Assembly (NCBI GenBank): GCA_963843555.1
Contig: CAWJKV010000003.1
Span: 64,001 to 128,000 of the forward strand
Reading direction: 5' to 3'
Origin: an uncultured Methanosarcinales archaeon
GTDB taxonomy: Archaea > Halobacteriota > Methanosarcinia > Methanotrichales > Methanotrichaceae
Length of the DNA: 64,000 bases
Part shown: one piece after another, positions 22,433-32,298 of the stretch
How positions within the stretch are numbered: position 1 is the first letter of the stretch
How the letters are laid out: each line of letters begins with the position of its first letter
Notes under the pieces: generated by a model
Database searches by the model: none
Seen by the model: the letters and a program-made list of their open reading frames with translations, nothing else
Told to the model about the DNA's origin: nothing
Position numbers and translations under genes: made by a program

Positions 22433-23549
22433 TTACTCCGTGTCCACAAACCTCTTCGCCAGAACTTTCATGACATGGGGCAGGGTGGTGTACTCCATAT
22501 CCTCCATGGGCAGTCTCCCCGGCTCGAAGGGGCCGTGCGCCCTCATGTAGTCAGTGATCTCCAGGCACCTCTGGCGGGCCCGGTCGAAGGCCACGTCTTT
22601 GAAGAGATCGACGGGACCGACGAATTCTCCATAGGCCATCTGGAAGCCGGCGGCAATGACACGGGGCGGGCCGTCGAACCTTGTGGGGTGGGCCGTCTCA
22701 AAGGAGCAGGGCATGAGGGGGCCATTATGGCTGCCGCGCATCCATCCGCTGACCAGGTGCCCGAGCGCAAAAGGCTCCAGCACCTCGCCTAAAGCGGGCA
22801 GGCCCGGACTGACATCTGACCAGGGCCACGGGGTCATCCTTGCCGACGTACGTCCCGGCCGTCTGGAAGAGCTTCTCAGTGCTGACCACGGCAACGGCCT
22901 CCTGTTCCGATATTTTGCTGTTCGGCTTGCAGAAGACCCTCTTGATCACATAGCGGCTTTTTGCGCCAATGAGCGCCAGCAGGTCGTACATCTCTGCAGG
23001 ACAGTCCATGAAGACCCTTCTGTGCTCCATGATGTCCCAGACCTCGAAGGTGAAGCCGTGGTGGCACGCCGGGTCTATCACCAGTCCGGCGGTGTTGAAG
23101 GGGTCGGCGAAGATCTTGAAGATGGGCAGATTGAAGGCACCGGGCTCGGTCTTGTCCATCATGAAGGCAACGACGGGCTCGCTGGTTCTCTCTTCTATCT
23201 CCATCTCCGCCACGCCCGGTCCCATGCCCCGGATGTTGCCAGAGAAGGCGTCCGCCAGCAAGTCCTGCCCGGCGCCGTAGAGCTTGAGCTTCTTGGCCTT
23301 CTCAGTGGCCTCTTCGAAGGTCTCCCAGGCCAGGGCATGCACCTCACCGTTGTCGCAGCCCTTCTTGTGGCTCATGAGCAGCTCCAGATCGTCGCCGCAG
23401 GCCAGCACTCTGAAGTCCGTCAGAGCTCCTGCCTTCTTTGCCTCTTCCAGCTTCGACTCCGCCGTCTTGATCAATGCGGGATGGACCGAGGAGTGGCCGG
23501 GGTAGCCGCCCACATCGGCCTTTATAAGGCTGATTGTTATCTTTGTCAT
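22433..23549 (-). CDS. fbp: Bifunctional fructose-1,6-bisphosphate aldolase/phosphatase (FBPase class V), one frameshift near 22800
   Basis: SLIKADVG, KLYGAGQDLL, DKTEPGAFN, YVGKDDP, GWMRGSH.GPLMP and EYTTLP motifs. Confidence 0.95.
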
Positions 23550-23632
23550 CTGGATCCCATCTGATGCTCTTTGGCGAATACCGCAGATTTGTCTTTATTA
23601 AGTATTATATTGGGGCTTTTGAGGTCTTAAGC

Positions 23633-25075
23633 CTAATTGTGTGCAGTTTCACGGGAGGATGCTTTACGGCTCAGAGGCTCATCGCCTTTCAGCGCCGCGG
23701 GCATTTTCAGCGGCACATCAGTTGGCTTGATGAATTGATCCAGGATAGATCGGGTGCCTTTGACCTTGAGCTTATCAAATAGAAAGGCAAATTTCCTCTC
23801 CAGCTCATTGCAGATTTCGTCGCGGACGTCATTCGGCAGGTGCCACAGCTCCATTTTGAACGGTCCGAAGCCTTTCTTGCGGGTTTTGTAGATGAACTGC
23901 TCTTCCGTGTCCCTTTCTTTCCATTCGCCTTTCATTTCGGCTAACAGACGATCATAAATTTTTGCCCGCAGCGAAGCTGGGAAAGCTTTACTATCATAGA
24001 TCATGTTTTGGAAACCGGTAGCCAGATGAATCTCGGCCGTTCCGGTAGCAGGAAAGCGGTCAAACGCCTCATCGGGCAGCGTTGAAGCGCCGTGCTGAAC
24101 GGCGCCGGACAGACCGTATTGCGCCCGGGCGGTCTCCGACAGTCTCTGCAGCACGTCAAAATCAATTTTGACTTTCGCGACTGTTCCATCGGCCAGCGGC
24201 ACACCGCCATGCGTCGTCCCGGTCTGCACGCTGATCTTGCTGATACCCTTGAGCTCTTGGCCCCGCTTCTTGAGCTCCTCCAGATAGCCGTCCATGAAGG
24301 TCTGCAATTCATCGACAGTGCTGTTCTTGCCGCCAACCTCGCCGATTTCGCCGCCCACAGAAACAGTGATGCCTTCCGGCTCCAGATCGCGAATAAAGGC
24401 GGTTAACTCCGCCGCAAGCGTAAAGTTTGTTCTTTGCTGGTCTTTGACTGTGGGCTGCGACAGATCAACCAGTGTTGATGTATCGATGTCGATATTGTAA
24501 AAACCGGCCTGGATGGCTTCCCGGATCAAATCCTTAACCGTCTCCGTTTCCTTTTCCGCGTCCGCTGCGAACTTTTTGGCGTTTATCTGAAAATGGTCGC
24601 CCTGCAAAAATACCGGTCCGCGCCAGCCGGATTTAACAGCCGCCGCCATAACAGCACAGGTGTATTCCAGCGGCCTTTGCTTTGTATAGCCTATTTCCGA
24701 ACGGGCGATTTCAAAAAGAACAGGCCCTACATTCCCTTTTATCGCGGCACGAAATACTGCCTGCGCCACGTCGTAGGTAATGCCGCGGATATTGATCGCC
24801 GGAACGGTAAATCCGCCTAGTTCTCTGCGCCCCATGGCTTCATAAAGGGATTGGATCGACGCCTGCCTGATTCCCTGCGCAGCAGCGCCGCGGCGAATCA
24901 GAAACCCCGCTGCTTCCGAAGTTGCAGGGTCGGGACTGAAAACAACCGTATAGATTAAATCATCGATCAACTTTTCCCGAAACCTGGTTTCATCCAAGAC
25001 ACGAACATCTCTGCCGTCACCGGCGAGTATGGATTTGCATCCTTTCTTTAGCTGATCCTTATTCTCGTAAATCAT
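23633..25075 (-). CDS. Class II fructose-bisphosphate aldolase family protein, bacterial-type long form
   Basis: PAINIRG, EIARSE, QGDH, IDIDTS, GEIGEVG, GTTHGG, VQHGASTL and EIHLATGFQ motifs. Confidence 0.88.
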   Translation of the reverse strand: MIYENKDQLKKGCKSILAGDGRDVRVLDETRFREKLIDDLIYTVVFSPDPATSEAAGFLIRRGAAAQGIRQASIQSLYEAMGRRELGGFTVPAINIRGITYDVAQAVFRAAIKGNVGPVLFEIARSEIGYTKQRPLEYTCAVMAAAVKSGWRGPVFLQGDHFQINAKKFAADAEKETETVKDLIREAIQAGFYNIDIDTSTLVDLSQPTVKDQQRTNFTLAAELTAFIRDLEPEGITVSVGGEIGEVGGKNSTVDELQTFMDGYLEELKKRGQELKGISKISVQTGTTHGGVPLADGTVAKVKIDFDVLQRLSETARAQYGLSGAVQHGASTLPDEAFDRFPATGTAEIHLATGFQNMIYDSKAFPASLRAKIYDRLLAEMKGEWKERDTEEQFIYKTRKKGFGPFKMELWHLPNDVRDEICNELERKFAFLFDKLKVKGTRSILDQFIKPTDVPLKMPAALKGDEPLSRKASSRETAHN

Positions 25076-25095
25076 TGCTGCCCCTTCGAATGTAT

Positions 25096-26034
25096 TTATT
25101 GCGACAGGAATTCCCCCGCCATTGTCACTTCCGCAGACGAGCCGATGTAGATGGGCGACCGTTGATTGACGGACGTCACTTTGAGGGAAAGAATATCCTC
25201 CTTCCCATCCGTGGCCCTGCCGCCAGCCTGCTCCACGATGAAAGCCATGGGCTGAAGTTCAAACAGCAACCGCAGCTTCCCCTGGGGCGATTTCTTCAGT
25301 GCAGGATAGGTGAATACGCCTCCCCGCTTGATGATCACCTGGTTGATGTCGGGAACAAATCCGCCGCTGTAGCGCAGCTTGTAGCCGTCTGCCTCCAGCT
25401 TATCGATATACTTGCTATGGTTGTCCGTCCAGTCCTTGCGCAGACCGCCAGGTGAAAAGATCGCTCCATTCTCATTGAGCCGGATATTTTCCTCTGACAG
25501 GACATACTCTCCCTCGCGGTCCAATACGAACTCATGCACGCCCTTTCCGGCTGAATAAATCATAGTGATGAGCGGGCCATAAGTAATATAAAGAGCGGCG
25601 ACCATTGAATTCCGGCCGCAGTCAAATATTGAATTTTTGTGGATGCCGATGATCGTTCCGATGGCCAGATTGGTATCCACCAGGGAAGAACCGTCCACCG
25701 GATCGGCGGTAACAATATATTTTTCCTGCCCTTGACCGATGGTGACGATATCTTTGAGCTCCTCGGAGGCATACTCGCGAACAAATCCGGAGTTCCGCAG
25801 CATATTTTTCAGTATGTCGTCGGAAATGCGGTCCAGCGCCAACTGATCCTCACCGTAAACATTCTTGAAGCCGGCCAGCTTGCGGTTGGATTCGTGGATC
25901 TTTGCGGAAATATATTTGCCGACCACGGCAATCTGCCAGATGAGGCGCCGCAATTCCACCTCGATGCCACCCATCCACATATGGCGCCTCAGATCAACGA
26001 TGTATCGAGTGTGATCATTTATGCCTTCGCCCAT
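25096..26034 (-). CDS. Class I fructose-1,6-bisphosphatase
   Basis: NVYGEDQLALD, ASEE, DPVDGSS, LRYSG..VPD, GKLRLLFE.QPMAF and EQAGG motifs. Confidence 0.93.
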   Translation of the reverse strand: MGEGINDHTRYIVDLRRHMWMGGIEVELRRLIWQIAVVGKYISAKIHESNRKLAGFKNVYGEDQLALDRISDDILKNMLRNSGFVREYASEELKDIVTIGQGQEKYIVTADPVDGSSLVDTNLAIGTIIGIHKNSIFDCGRNSMVAALYITYGPLITMIYSAGKGVHEFVLDREGEYVLSEENIRLNENGAIFSPGGLRKDWTDNHSKYIDKLEADGYKLRYSGGFVPDINQVIIKRGGVFTYPALKKSPQGKLRLLFELQPMAFIVEQAGGRATDGKEDILSLKVTSVNQRSPIYIGSSAEVTMAGEFLSQ

Positions 26035-26151
26035 AGATTCTCCTGATATTTTTTAGCAGTCTGCAGGGTATTCTTCGATAATATAGATGTTGCCCCCGCA
26101 CCGAAAAAAATGTGCTTCAATCCTCTAATTGCTGTTTGCCAGATTTTTCCA

Positions 26152-26210
26152 AAATTTTTGCCCGCAGCTCAGCCTGGAAACCAATGCTATCATAGATCAC
26201 GTTCTGGAAA
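26152..26210 (-). repeat. Diverged 59-bp intergenic copy of class II aldolase coding sequence (23956-24014)
   Basis: Ungapped alignment, 49/59 identical by hand count. Reads FQNVIYDSIGFQAELRAKI versus FQNMIYDSKAFPASLRAKI. Confidence 0.8.
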
Positions 26211-26356
26211 GTCTATCCGGCAGAAGTTCTTATATCCGCCAGAGACTCATCTATGCCCGGAAACGGCCAATGAAGACTCAATGTCATTTTGAGAAGGAGT
26301 TGTCCAGATGGCGGAAGGAGTCCCGCTGGCTGAGAAAAAACATCAGGAGCGGTAAT

Positions 26357-27521
26357 ATGGAACTTGTGGCAAAATATCATGTTGAATCAGACCTTCCCAT
26401 CCGGAAGGCCGCAGCGGCCATAGCCGCCGAGCAGTCGACCGGCACCTGGACAGAGGTGCGGGGCGCAGGACAATCCCCTTGCCGCCCGGGTCATATCGGC
26501 CCAGGGGAACGACGTCGAGATCGGCTTTCCTGAAGAACTCTTTGAGCCGGGAAACGTCCCTCAGTACCTCTCTGTGGTGGCAGGAAACCTCTTCGGTCTG
26601 GGCTCTCTGAAGAAGGTGCGCCTGCAGGACGTCATCTTCCCTGAGAGCCTGCTCTCGGCACACAAGGGTCCTCGCTTTGGGATAGAAGACGCGCGCAAAA
26701 TCTTGGGCGTCTACGACCGGCCTTTGGTCGGCACCATTGTGAAGCCCAAGGTGGGCCTGGACCCGGCTGGGACTGCAGCGGTGGCCGCAGCAGCAGTTCG
26801 CGGCGGTCTCGACCTGGTCAAGGACGACGAGACCCTCACCAATCAGAGCTTCTGCCCTCTCGTTCCAAGGCTGGAGGCGGTCATGAGCGCTCTGGATAAG
26901 GTGGAGAAAGAGACGGGAAAGAAGGCTTTTTATGCTGTCAATGTCACCGCGGGCGCGGACAAAATTTTGGAGCGCGCCCAAGCGGCTGTCGATCACGGGG
27001 CTAACATGGTCATGGTCGATGTCCTGACGGCTGGCTTCTCCGCTCTGGAGGTGCTCAGTCGACATGTGAATGTGCCTGTGCACGTGCACAGGACCATGCA
27101 CGGGGCCTTCACCAGGGACAAGGGCCATGGCATCTCAATGGTTGTCATATCCAAACTCGTGCGCATGATGGGAGGAACTAATCTGCATACGGGAAGCTAC
27201 ATGGGCAAGATGGCGCTGGGAACGGAGGAGAACGACCTTTCCCGGGATGCTCTGCGAGAGGAGTGGCACGGCTATAAGCGGGTCTTCCCCGTGGCTTCGG
27301 GCGGAGTGTATCCTGCCAAAGTCTATGGAAATTTGGACGGCTACGGGATAGACTGCATCATCCAGGCAGGTGGCGGAGTGCATGGCCATCCGGATGGAAC
27401 AGAAGCCGGAGCCAGGGCGATGGTCCAGGCAGCGGAGGCATGGCAAGAGCAAATTCCTCTCAAAGAATATGCAAAAGACCACAAAGAGTTGGAAACAGCC
27501 CTGAGATTTTGGGGATCGTAA
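26357..27521 (+). CDS. rbcL: RuBisCO large subunit, short archaeal form III-like, frameshifted near 26470
   Basis: [46 protein letters not shown] (loop-6 Lys), SGG and [10 protein letters not shown]. Confidence 0.85.
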
Positions 27522-27562
27522 GTGGAAAGAATGGAATTGGGGACATTGCCCAAAAGCAAAAC

Positions 27563-27577
27563 CGAAGAGTTTATATT
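27563..27577 (+). promoter_or_regulatory. Putative BRE/TATA box upstream of the ATP synthase operon
   Basis: Purine-rich CGAAGAG followed by TTTATATT, about 100 nt before the subunit H gene. Confidence 0.45.
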
Positions 27578-27679
27578 GGTAGATGAGGGATGGATCAGAT
27601 CGTTTATCACGAGCCAAAGTGATGTAGCGCTGTTTGAAAAATAGAAATGGTGTAGTGAGGGAGCATGTAGAGGGATCAG

Positions 27680-28006
27680 ATGGCTAGAGACGATATCTTA
27701 TCGAAAATCAAAATGGCAGAGGCTGAAGCCGGGACTGCAGTCCAGCGAGTCCTGGAAGAAAAGGAAAAAAAGATAGCCGCTGCCACTACTGAAGCAATGA
27801 ACCTCGTCAAATCCGCCGAGATTGAATCACAGGACTACTATGACAAGAGCGTTGCCAAAGCAGAGAGCGACGTTATCACCAAAAAGCAGTCAATCATTCA
27901 GAGTGGTGAGAAGAACGTCAACTCGTTAAGCGGCAGCGCCAGCGCAAAGCTGGACAAAGCAGTCGAATATCTTATGAAGGAGTTTATGGGGTTGTTGCAT
28001 GCTTAG
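27680..28006 (+). CDS. atpH: A1AO ATP synthase subunit H
   Basis: 108-aa coiled-coil protein (ILSKIKMAE), first gene of the operon. Confidence 0.85.
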   Translation: MARDDILSKIKMAEAEAGTAVQRVLEEKEKKIAAATTEAMNLVKSAEIESQDYYDKSVAKAESDVITKKQSIIQSGEKNVNSLSGSASAKLDKAVEYLMKEFMGLLHA

Positions 28007-30032
28007 ACCCGTAAAGATGAGTCGCGTAGTCGTCGCCGGGTCAAAGGATGTAATATCTCCTGTTGTTGAAAAGCTGCATGAGTTGCGCTTGTTGCACATT
28101 ATCAACTACGATGGCAGCCAGCCTGAGTTTGAGTTGGGAAAGTCTATCGGTAAAGCTAAGGAATATTCTGAGAACCTCATCAAACTCAGATCCGTCACCA
28201 GGTACCTTGATATCAAGAACAAGGCTCCTGAGAAGACCTATCCTGAGTCGCAGGTTCTATCCGAGATGGACAATCTTCTAAATAATGTCGGCGGGGAAAT
28301 TACCGCTACCTTCGAGCGCATCACTGCGATCGAAGCAGAAGTCAAGTCCAAGCAGGATCAGATAAAGTCTCTAACTCCTTTGTCTGCCTTGCCGCTGCCG
28401 TTAGATGCTTACTATGGTTATGATTCTCTGGCGACCTTTGTCGGCACAGCAGCAACCCCTGTTGATGCTGACGTAGCGAGGGTCTCTCCGGTTAATGAGA
28501 TCTACACAGGAACCGCCAAGAAAGCAACTCTTGTTGCGATATTCGTGCCTGTAGACAAGGCCGGCGACGTATCAACAGTTCTTTCCGAGCATGGGTTTTC
28601 TGAATTATCCGTTCCCAAGCTTGAGGGCAATGTAGACTCGGCAATTGCGACTTTAGAAGGCGGCATCAAATCCCTGGAAGGCGAAATGGCGCCTCTCCAG
28701 AAGAAGCTGGCCGACATGAAGAAGCAGAATGAAGACCTGATACTGGCGACAGACGAATATCTGACGATGCAGACCCGCAAGACTGAGGCACCACTCAGAT
28801 TCGCTGAGACGGCCAATGCCTTTGTGATTGACGGCTATGTTCCGAGCGATCAGTTCAGCAGGCTGAAGAGCGAGCTGGAGAGCGCAGCCGAAGGCCGGCT
28901 AGAAGTACAGTTGATCGCGGACAATGAATCAGAAGAACTCGTAGAGAAGGGCGAAGACATACCGACCAAGATGGATAATCCAAGCCTGGTCAGGCCTTAT
29001 GAACTCGTCACAAGGCTATTTGCCATTCCAGAGTACAAGGAGTTCGATCCGTCATTGCTGATATTCATCTTCTTCCCGATCATGTTCGGCATGATCCTGG
29101 GTGATATCGGATATGGCCTCATGACGCTCGTGGTTCTGATATTGCTCAAGAAAAAGTTCAGAACCGAAGGGTGGCAGCAGCTGATCAACATCGTCATGAT
29201 TGCCAGCGTGTGGTCAATCATATTCGGAATCTTCTACGGTGAGATCTTTGGGCCGTTAGGTCTATGGAATTATATGTTTGGAATGCTGTCTCACGCGCAA
29301 ATTGTGGTGTTGGAAGAGGAAGGCCTGTTCTTTGGTGAAGGTCTCTATGGATCTCTTGGAAGGCTCGGCCCGTTGGATATCTTCCCGTTATATAGATTGG
29401 CAACTAATGCGGTTCTGCTTTTGATAGGCGTAAGTTTGTTTATTGGTGTAGTCCATTGTTCTGTGGGCTCCATTTTGGGAATCAAGACGGAGCTGAACTA
29501 CGGCGAGAAGAAGCATGCCTATTTCGAGCGCCTTCCTGTGATGCTTTTCCAGGTATTCTTTGCTATTGCATTACTTGGACTGGTCATGGGACAGATGCCA
29601 ATGGTAATCCTGGGCGCAATAGTGATCGTTGTCTCCATAGGGATGATGGTTATGGGACCGGAAGGTGCCATGGGACTGGCTCACGTGCCATCCTATGTGA
29701 GCAATCTGATATCCTACCTGAGGCTTCTGGCCATCGGCCTGGCTTCGGTCGGTTTGGCATATGCCGCCAATCAGTTGGCCTTCTATGTCATAATGCCCAT
29801 GTTAAGCGGTGGAGCGACGAATAGTGCTGATTTCACAATACCTGCCATTATCGTGGGTATGGTGGTCTTGGTGCTGGTGCACTTCATCAACTTCCTGCTG
29901 GGAATTCTGTCTCCTTTCATGCATCCTCTCAGGTTGCATTATGTGGAGATGTTCACGAAGTTCTACAGCGCTCATGGTGGTGGAGTGGAATACAGTCCCT
30001 TCGGACATGTCCGGAGGTTCTTGAAGGCATGA
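27999..30032 (+). CDS. atpI: A1AO ATP synthase subunit I (a)
   Basis: PEYKEFDPS, FGMILGDIGYG, SYLRLLA and LRLHYVEMFTKFY motifs. Confidence 0.95.
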   Translation: MLRPVKMSRVVVAGSKDVISPVVEKLHELRLLHIINYDGSQPEFELGKSIGKAKEYSENLIKLRSVTRYLDIKNKAPEKTYPESQVLSEMDNLLNNVGGEITATFERITAIEAEVKSKQDQIKSLTPLSALPLPLDAYYGYDSLATFVGTAATPVDADVARVSPVNEIYTGTAKKATLVAIFVPVDKAGDVSTVLSEHGFSELSVPKLEGNVDSAIATLEGGIKSLEGEMAPLQKKLADMKKQNEDLILATDEYLTMQTRKTEAPLRFAETANAFVIDGYVPSDQFSRLKSELESAAEGRLEVQLIADNESEELVEKGEDIPTKMDNPSLVRPYELVTRLFAIPEYKEFDPSLLIFIFFPIMFGMILGDIGYGLMTLVVLILLKKKFRTEGWQQLINIVMIASVWSIIFGIFYGEIFGPLGLWNYMFGMLSHAQIVVLEEEGLFFGEGLYGSLGRLGPLDIFPLYRLATNAVLLLIGVSLFIGVVHCSVGSILGIKTELNYGEKKHAYFERLPVMLFQVFFAIALLGLVMGQMPMVILGAIVIVVSIGMMVMGPEGAMGLAHVPSYVSNLISYLRLLAIGLASVGLAYAANQLAFYVIMPMLSGGATNSADFTIPAIIVGMVVLVLVHFINFLLGILSPFMHPLRLHYVEMFTKFYSAHGGGVEYSPFGHVRRFLKA

Positions 30033-30099
30033 ATTCGAGATTTCGAATTGAGAGATTGAACCCAAATTGTAATATTAATAAAAAGGAGGATTGAGGAAA

Positions 30100-30366
30100 A
30101 TGGTAGTTGTAGCAGATGCGGGTGTATTGTATGGATTGATAGCTGTCGGCGCTGGCCTGGCTACTGGATTAGCAGGCATTGGTGCTGGTGTTGGTGAACA
30201 GGGTATTGGCGCTGCAGTAGTGGGCGTCGTGGCTGAGGAGCCCGGATTCCTGGGCAAGGGTCTTTTCCTCATGCTTCTGCCCGAGACACTGATCATCTTC
30301 GGCCTCGCTGTATCGCTGATCCTGATGTTCGCCTGGACGCCTTTCGCCCCTATCGTGACACCCTAA
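30100..30366 (+). CDS. atpK: A1AO ATP synthase subunit K (c, single-hairpin proteolipid)
   Basis: Gly-rich first helix GLAGIGAGVGE and PETLIIFG with the ion-binding Glu. GGAGG lies upstream. Confidence 0.93.
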   Translation: MVVVADAGVLYGLIAVGAGLATGLAGIGAGVGEQGIGAAVVGVVAEEPGFLGKGLFLMLLPETLIIFGLAVSLILMFAWTPFAPIVTP

Positions 30367-30393
30367 GTTGGCCATTCCAGAGGGTGAGAGGCA

Positions 30394-30942
30394 ATGGCAC
30401 TAGATGCAGTGGTTGAGTCGGTCCTGGCAACCAGCAAGGACAAGGTCGCTCAGATAAATAGCGAAGCTGACCTAGAGGTTGCAAGGATACTCAATGAAGC
30501 TAGGGAACGTGCCGCAGAGATTAAGTCCAGGAAGGAAACTGAGGTTGGACACACCACAGAGGCAATCGAGCGCAGGGAGATCTCCAGCGCCAATCTCGAA
30601 GTAAAGAGATCGGAGCTTAACGTTCACAAGGATCTCCTGGAGAAGGCCAGGACAAGACTTCTGGAGAAGACCCAAAATCTTCCCAAGAAGGATAACGAGT
30701 CCATGCTGAAAAAGATGCTCGAGCCTTACGATCTCAAGGATATGAAGGTCTTCTCCAATAAGAGAGATGAGGCCTTCATATCCTCTCTCGCCCCCAATTA
30801 CGGCGGGAACCTGGACATCATCGGCGGCGTCGTGATCGAGAGCAAAGATGGGTCTCTGCGTTACGATTTAACCTATGAAACTCTTGCGCGTGAGGTATTT
30901 AATAACCACATGAAAGAGGTTTCCGGGATCTTATTCGGGTGA
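30394..30942 (+). CDS. atpE: A1AO ATP synthase subunit E
   Basis: Operon position, [17 protein letters not shown] and the C-terminal ILFG. Confidence 0.92.
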   Translation: MALDAVVESVLATSKDKVAQINSEADLEVARILNEARERAAEIKSRKETEVGHTTEAIERREISSANLEVKRSELNVHKDLLEKARTRLLEKTQNLPKKDNESMLKKMLEPYDLKDMKVFSNKRDEAFISSLAPNYGGNLDIIGGVVIESKDGSLRYDLTYETLAREVFNNHMKEVSGILFG

Positions 30943-30947
30943 GGACG

Positions 30948-31997
30948 ATGCCTGTACTACGTTTGCCGAAGTTCGGAAAACCGGTGAAGTACGCTTACAT
31001 CACGGGCAGAGTCCGGGCGATGAAAACCAAGCTAGTCCCGGCAGAAATGTATGCCAGGATGATGAACATGGAGATGTCGGAGATCGCCCGATACTTGGAA
31101 GAGACACAGTATAAGGATGAGATCGACGCGCTCTCCAAGGATTACTCTGGGGTGGAGCTGATTGAGCACGCCACCTTTGCCAATTTGGCAAAGACCTTCA
31201 GGAAGCTGGCCGAGGTCTCTATAGACGAGCCGTCATTCCTGATTCTGGAGTACTTGCGGCGCTGGGATGTCTGGAACATCAAGACTCTCTTGCGAGGCAA
31301 GTTCTACGGGGCCACCGACACGGAGATTGTAAAATATCTCGTGCCGGCAGGAGAGTTATCCCCCGAGTACCTCGATGAGCTGGCCAAAAAGGATACCATC
31401 CAGGATATCATATCGGCCTTGGATGGAACTGACTATGCCAGCGCACTGTCGCAGTACGACGGCAAGAATTTGGCGACGCTTGAGAATGCCCTGGACAAGC
31501 TCTATTACTTCAGAATGGAGCGCGCGGTTGGCGGCACATTGTCCGTAGGTGGCGGCCTGCTGCTCAAGTACGTCCGCAGAGAGGTCGATATCAGAAACCT
31601 GATCACTCTCTTCAGGATGAACAGGGCAGGCGTCGATGCAGCCGTGATTCAAGAGAATCTTATCCCCGGAGGAAAGCTGCACGAAGAGCTGGCTCGCATG
31701 GCTGGTCAGCCTTTCGGCGAGTTCCTGCGCGGATTGGAAGGATATCCCTTCTGGTCTTCGATATCTGATATCGCAACAACGGATCTTGATGCCGTCAGCA
31801 GAGTCGAGGCCAGATTGAGGGCTTATCTCATCCGGTATGCATGGGCTCTTTCCAACTATCATCCGTTATCCATCCTGCCTGTGCTCGGATACATGGTGAG
31901 CAAAGAGACTGAAGTTTCCAACATCAGGAAGATTGTGAGGGGAAAAGAAGCCGGACTTCCTGCAGAACTCATCGAGGAGCAATTGGTGGTGGCCTAA
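30948..31997 (+). CDS. atpC: A1AO ATP synthase subunit C
   Basis: [21 protein letters not shown] and [15 protein letters not shown] motifs. Confidence 0.93.
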   Translation: MPVLRLPKFGKPVKYAYITGRVRAMKTKLVPAEMYARMMNMEMSEIARYLEETQYKDEIDALSKDYSGVELIEHATFANLAKTFRKLAEVSIDEPSFLILEYLRRWDVWNIKTLLRGKFYGATDTEIVKYLVPAGELSPEYLDELAKKDTIQDIISALDGTDYASALSQYDGKNLATLENALDKLYYFRMERAVGGTLSVGGGLLLKYVRREVDIRNLITLFRMNRAGVDAAVIQENLIPGGKLHEELARMAGQPFGEFLRGLEGYPFWSSISDIATTDLDAVSRVEARLRAYLIRYAWALSNYHPLSILPVLGYMVSKETEVSNIRKIVRGKEAGLPAELIEEQLVVA

Positions 31998-31998
31998 A

Positions 31999-32298
31999 AT
32001 GGAGATTGCTTTTGTGGGAGGCAGCGAGAGCGTCCTCGGGTTCAATCTGGCAGGAATAAAGAAATCTTATGCGGCCAACTCCGAAGAGGAGATGGTCTCA
32101 AAGATTGGCGAAGTCATGGCTGATTCCAATGTGGGAATTCTGGTCTTGAGGCAATCGGATTATAATAAGCTGCCCAAGAGGCTTCAAGAGCAGCTCTCCG
32201 AATCTATCAAGCCTACCATTATTTCCATCGGAACCGAGCAGAGCACAGAGATGAGAGAGAAGATTAAAAGGGCAATAGGTGTTGATTTATGGAAGTAG
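31999..32298 (+). CDS. atpF: A1AO ATP synthase subunit F
   Basis: GFNLAGI and REKIKRAIGVDLW motifs. Confidence 0.95.
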   Translation: MEIAFVGGSESVLGFNLAGIKKSYAANSEEEMVSKIGEVMADSNVGILVLRQSDYNKLPKRLQEQLSESIKPTIISIGTEQSTEMREKIKRAIGVDLWK

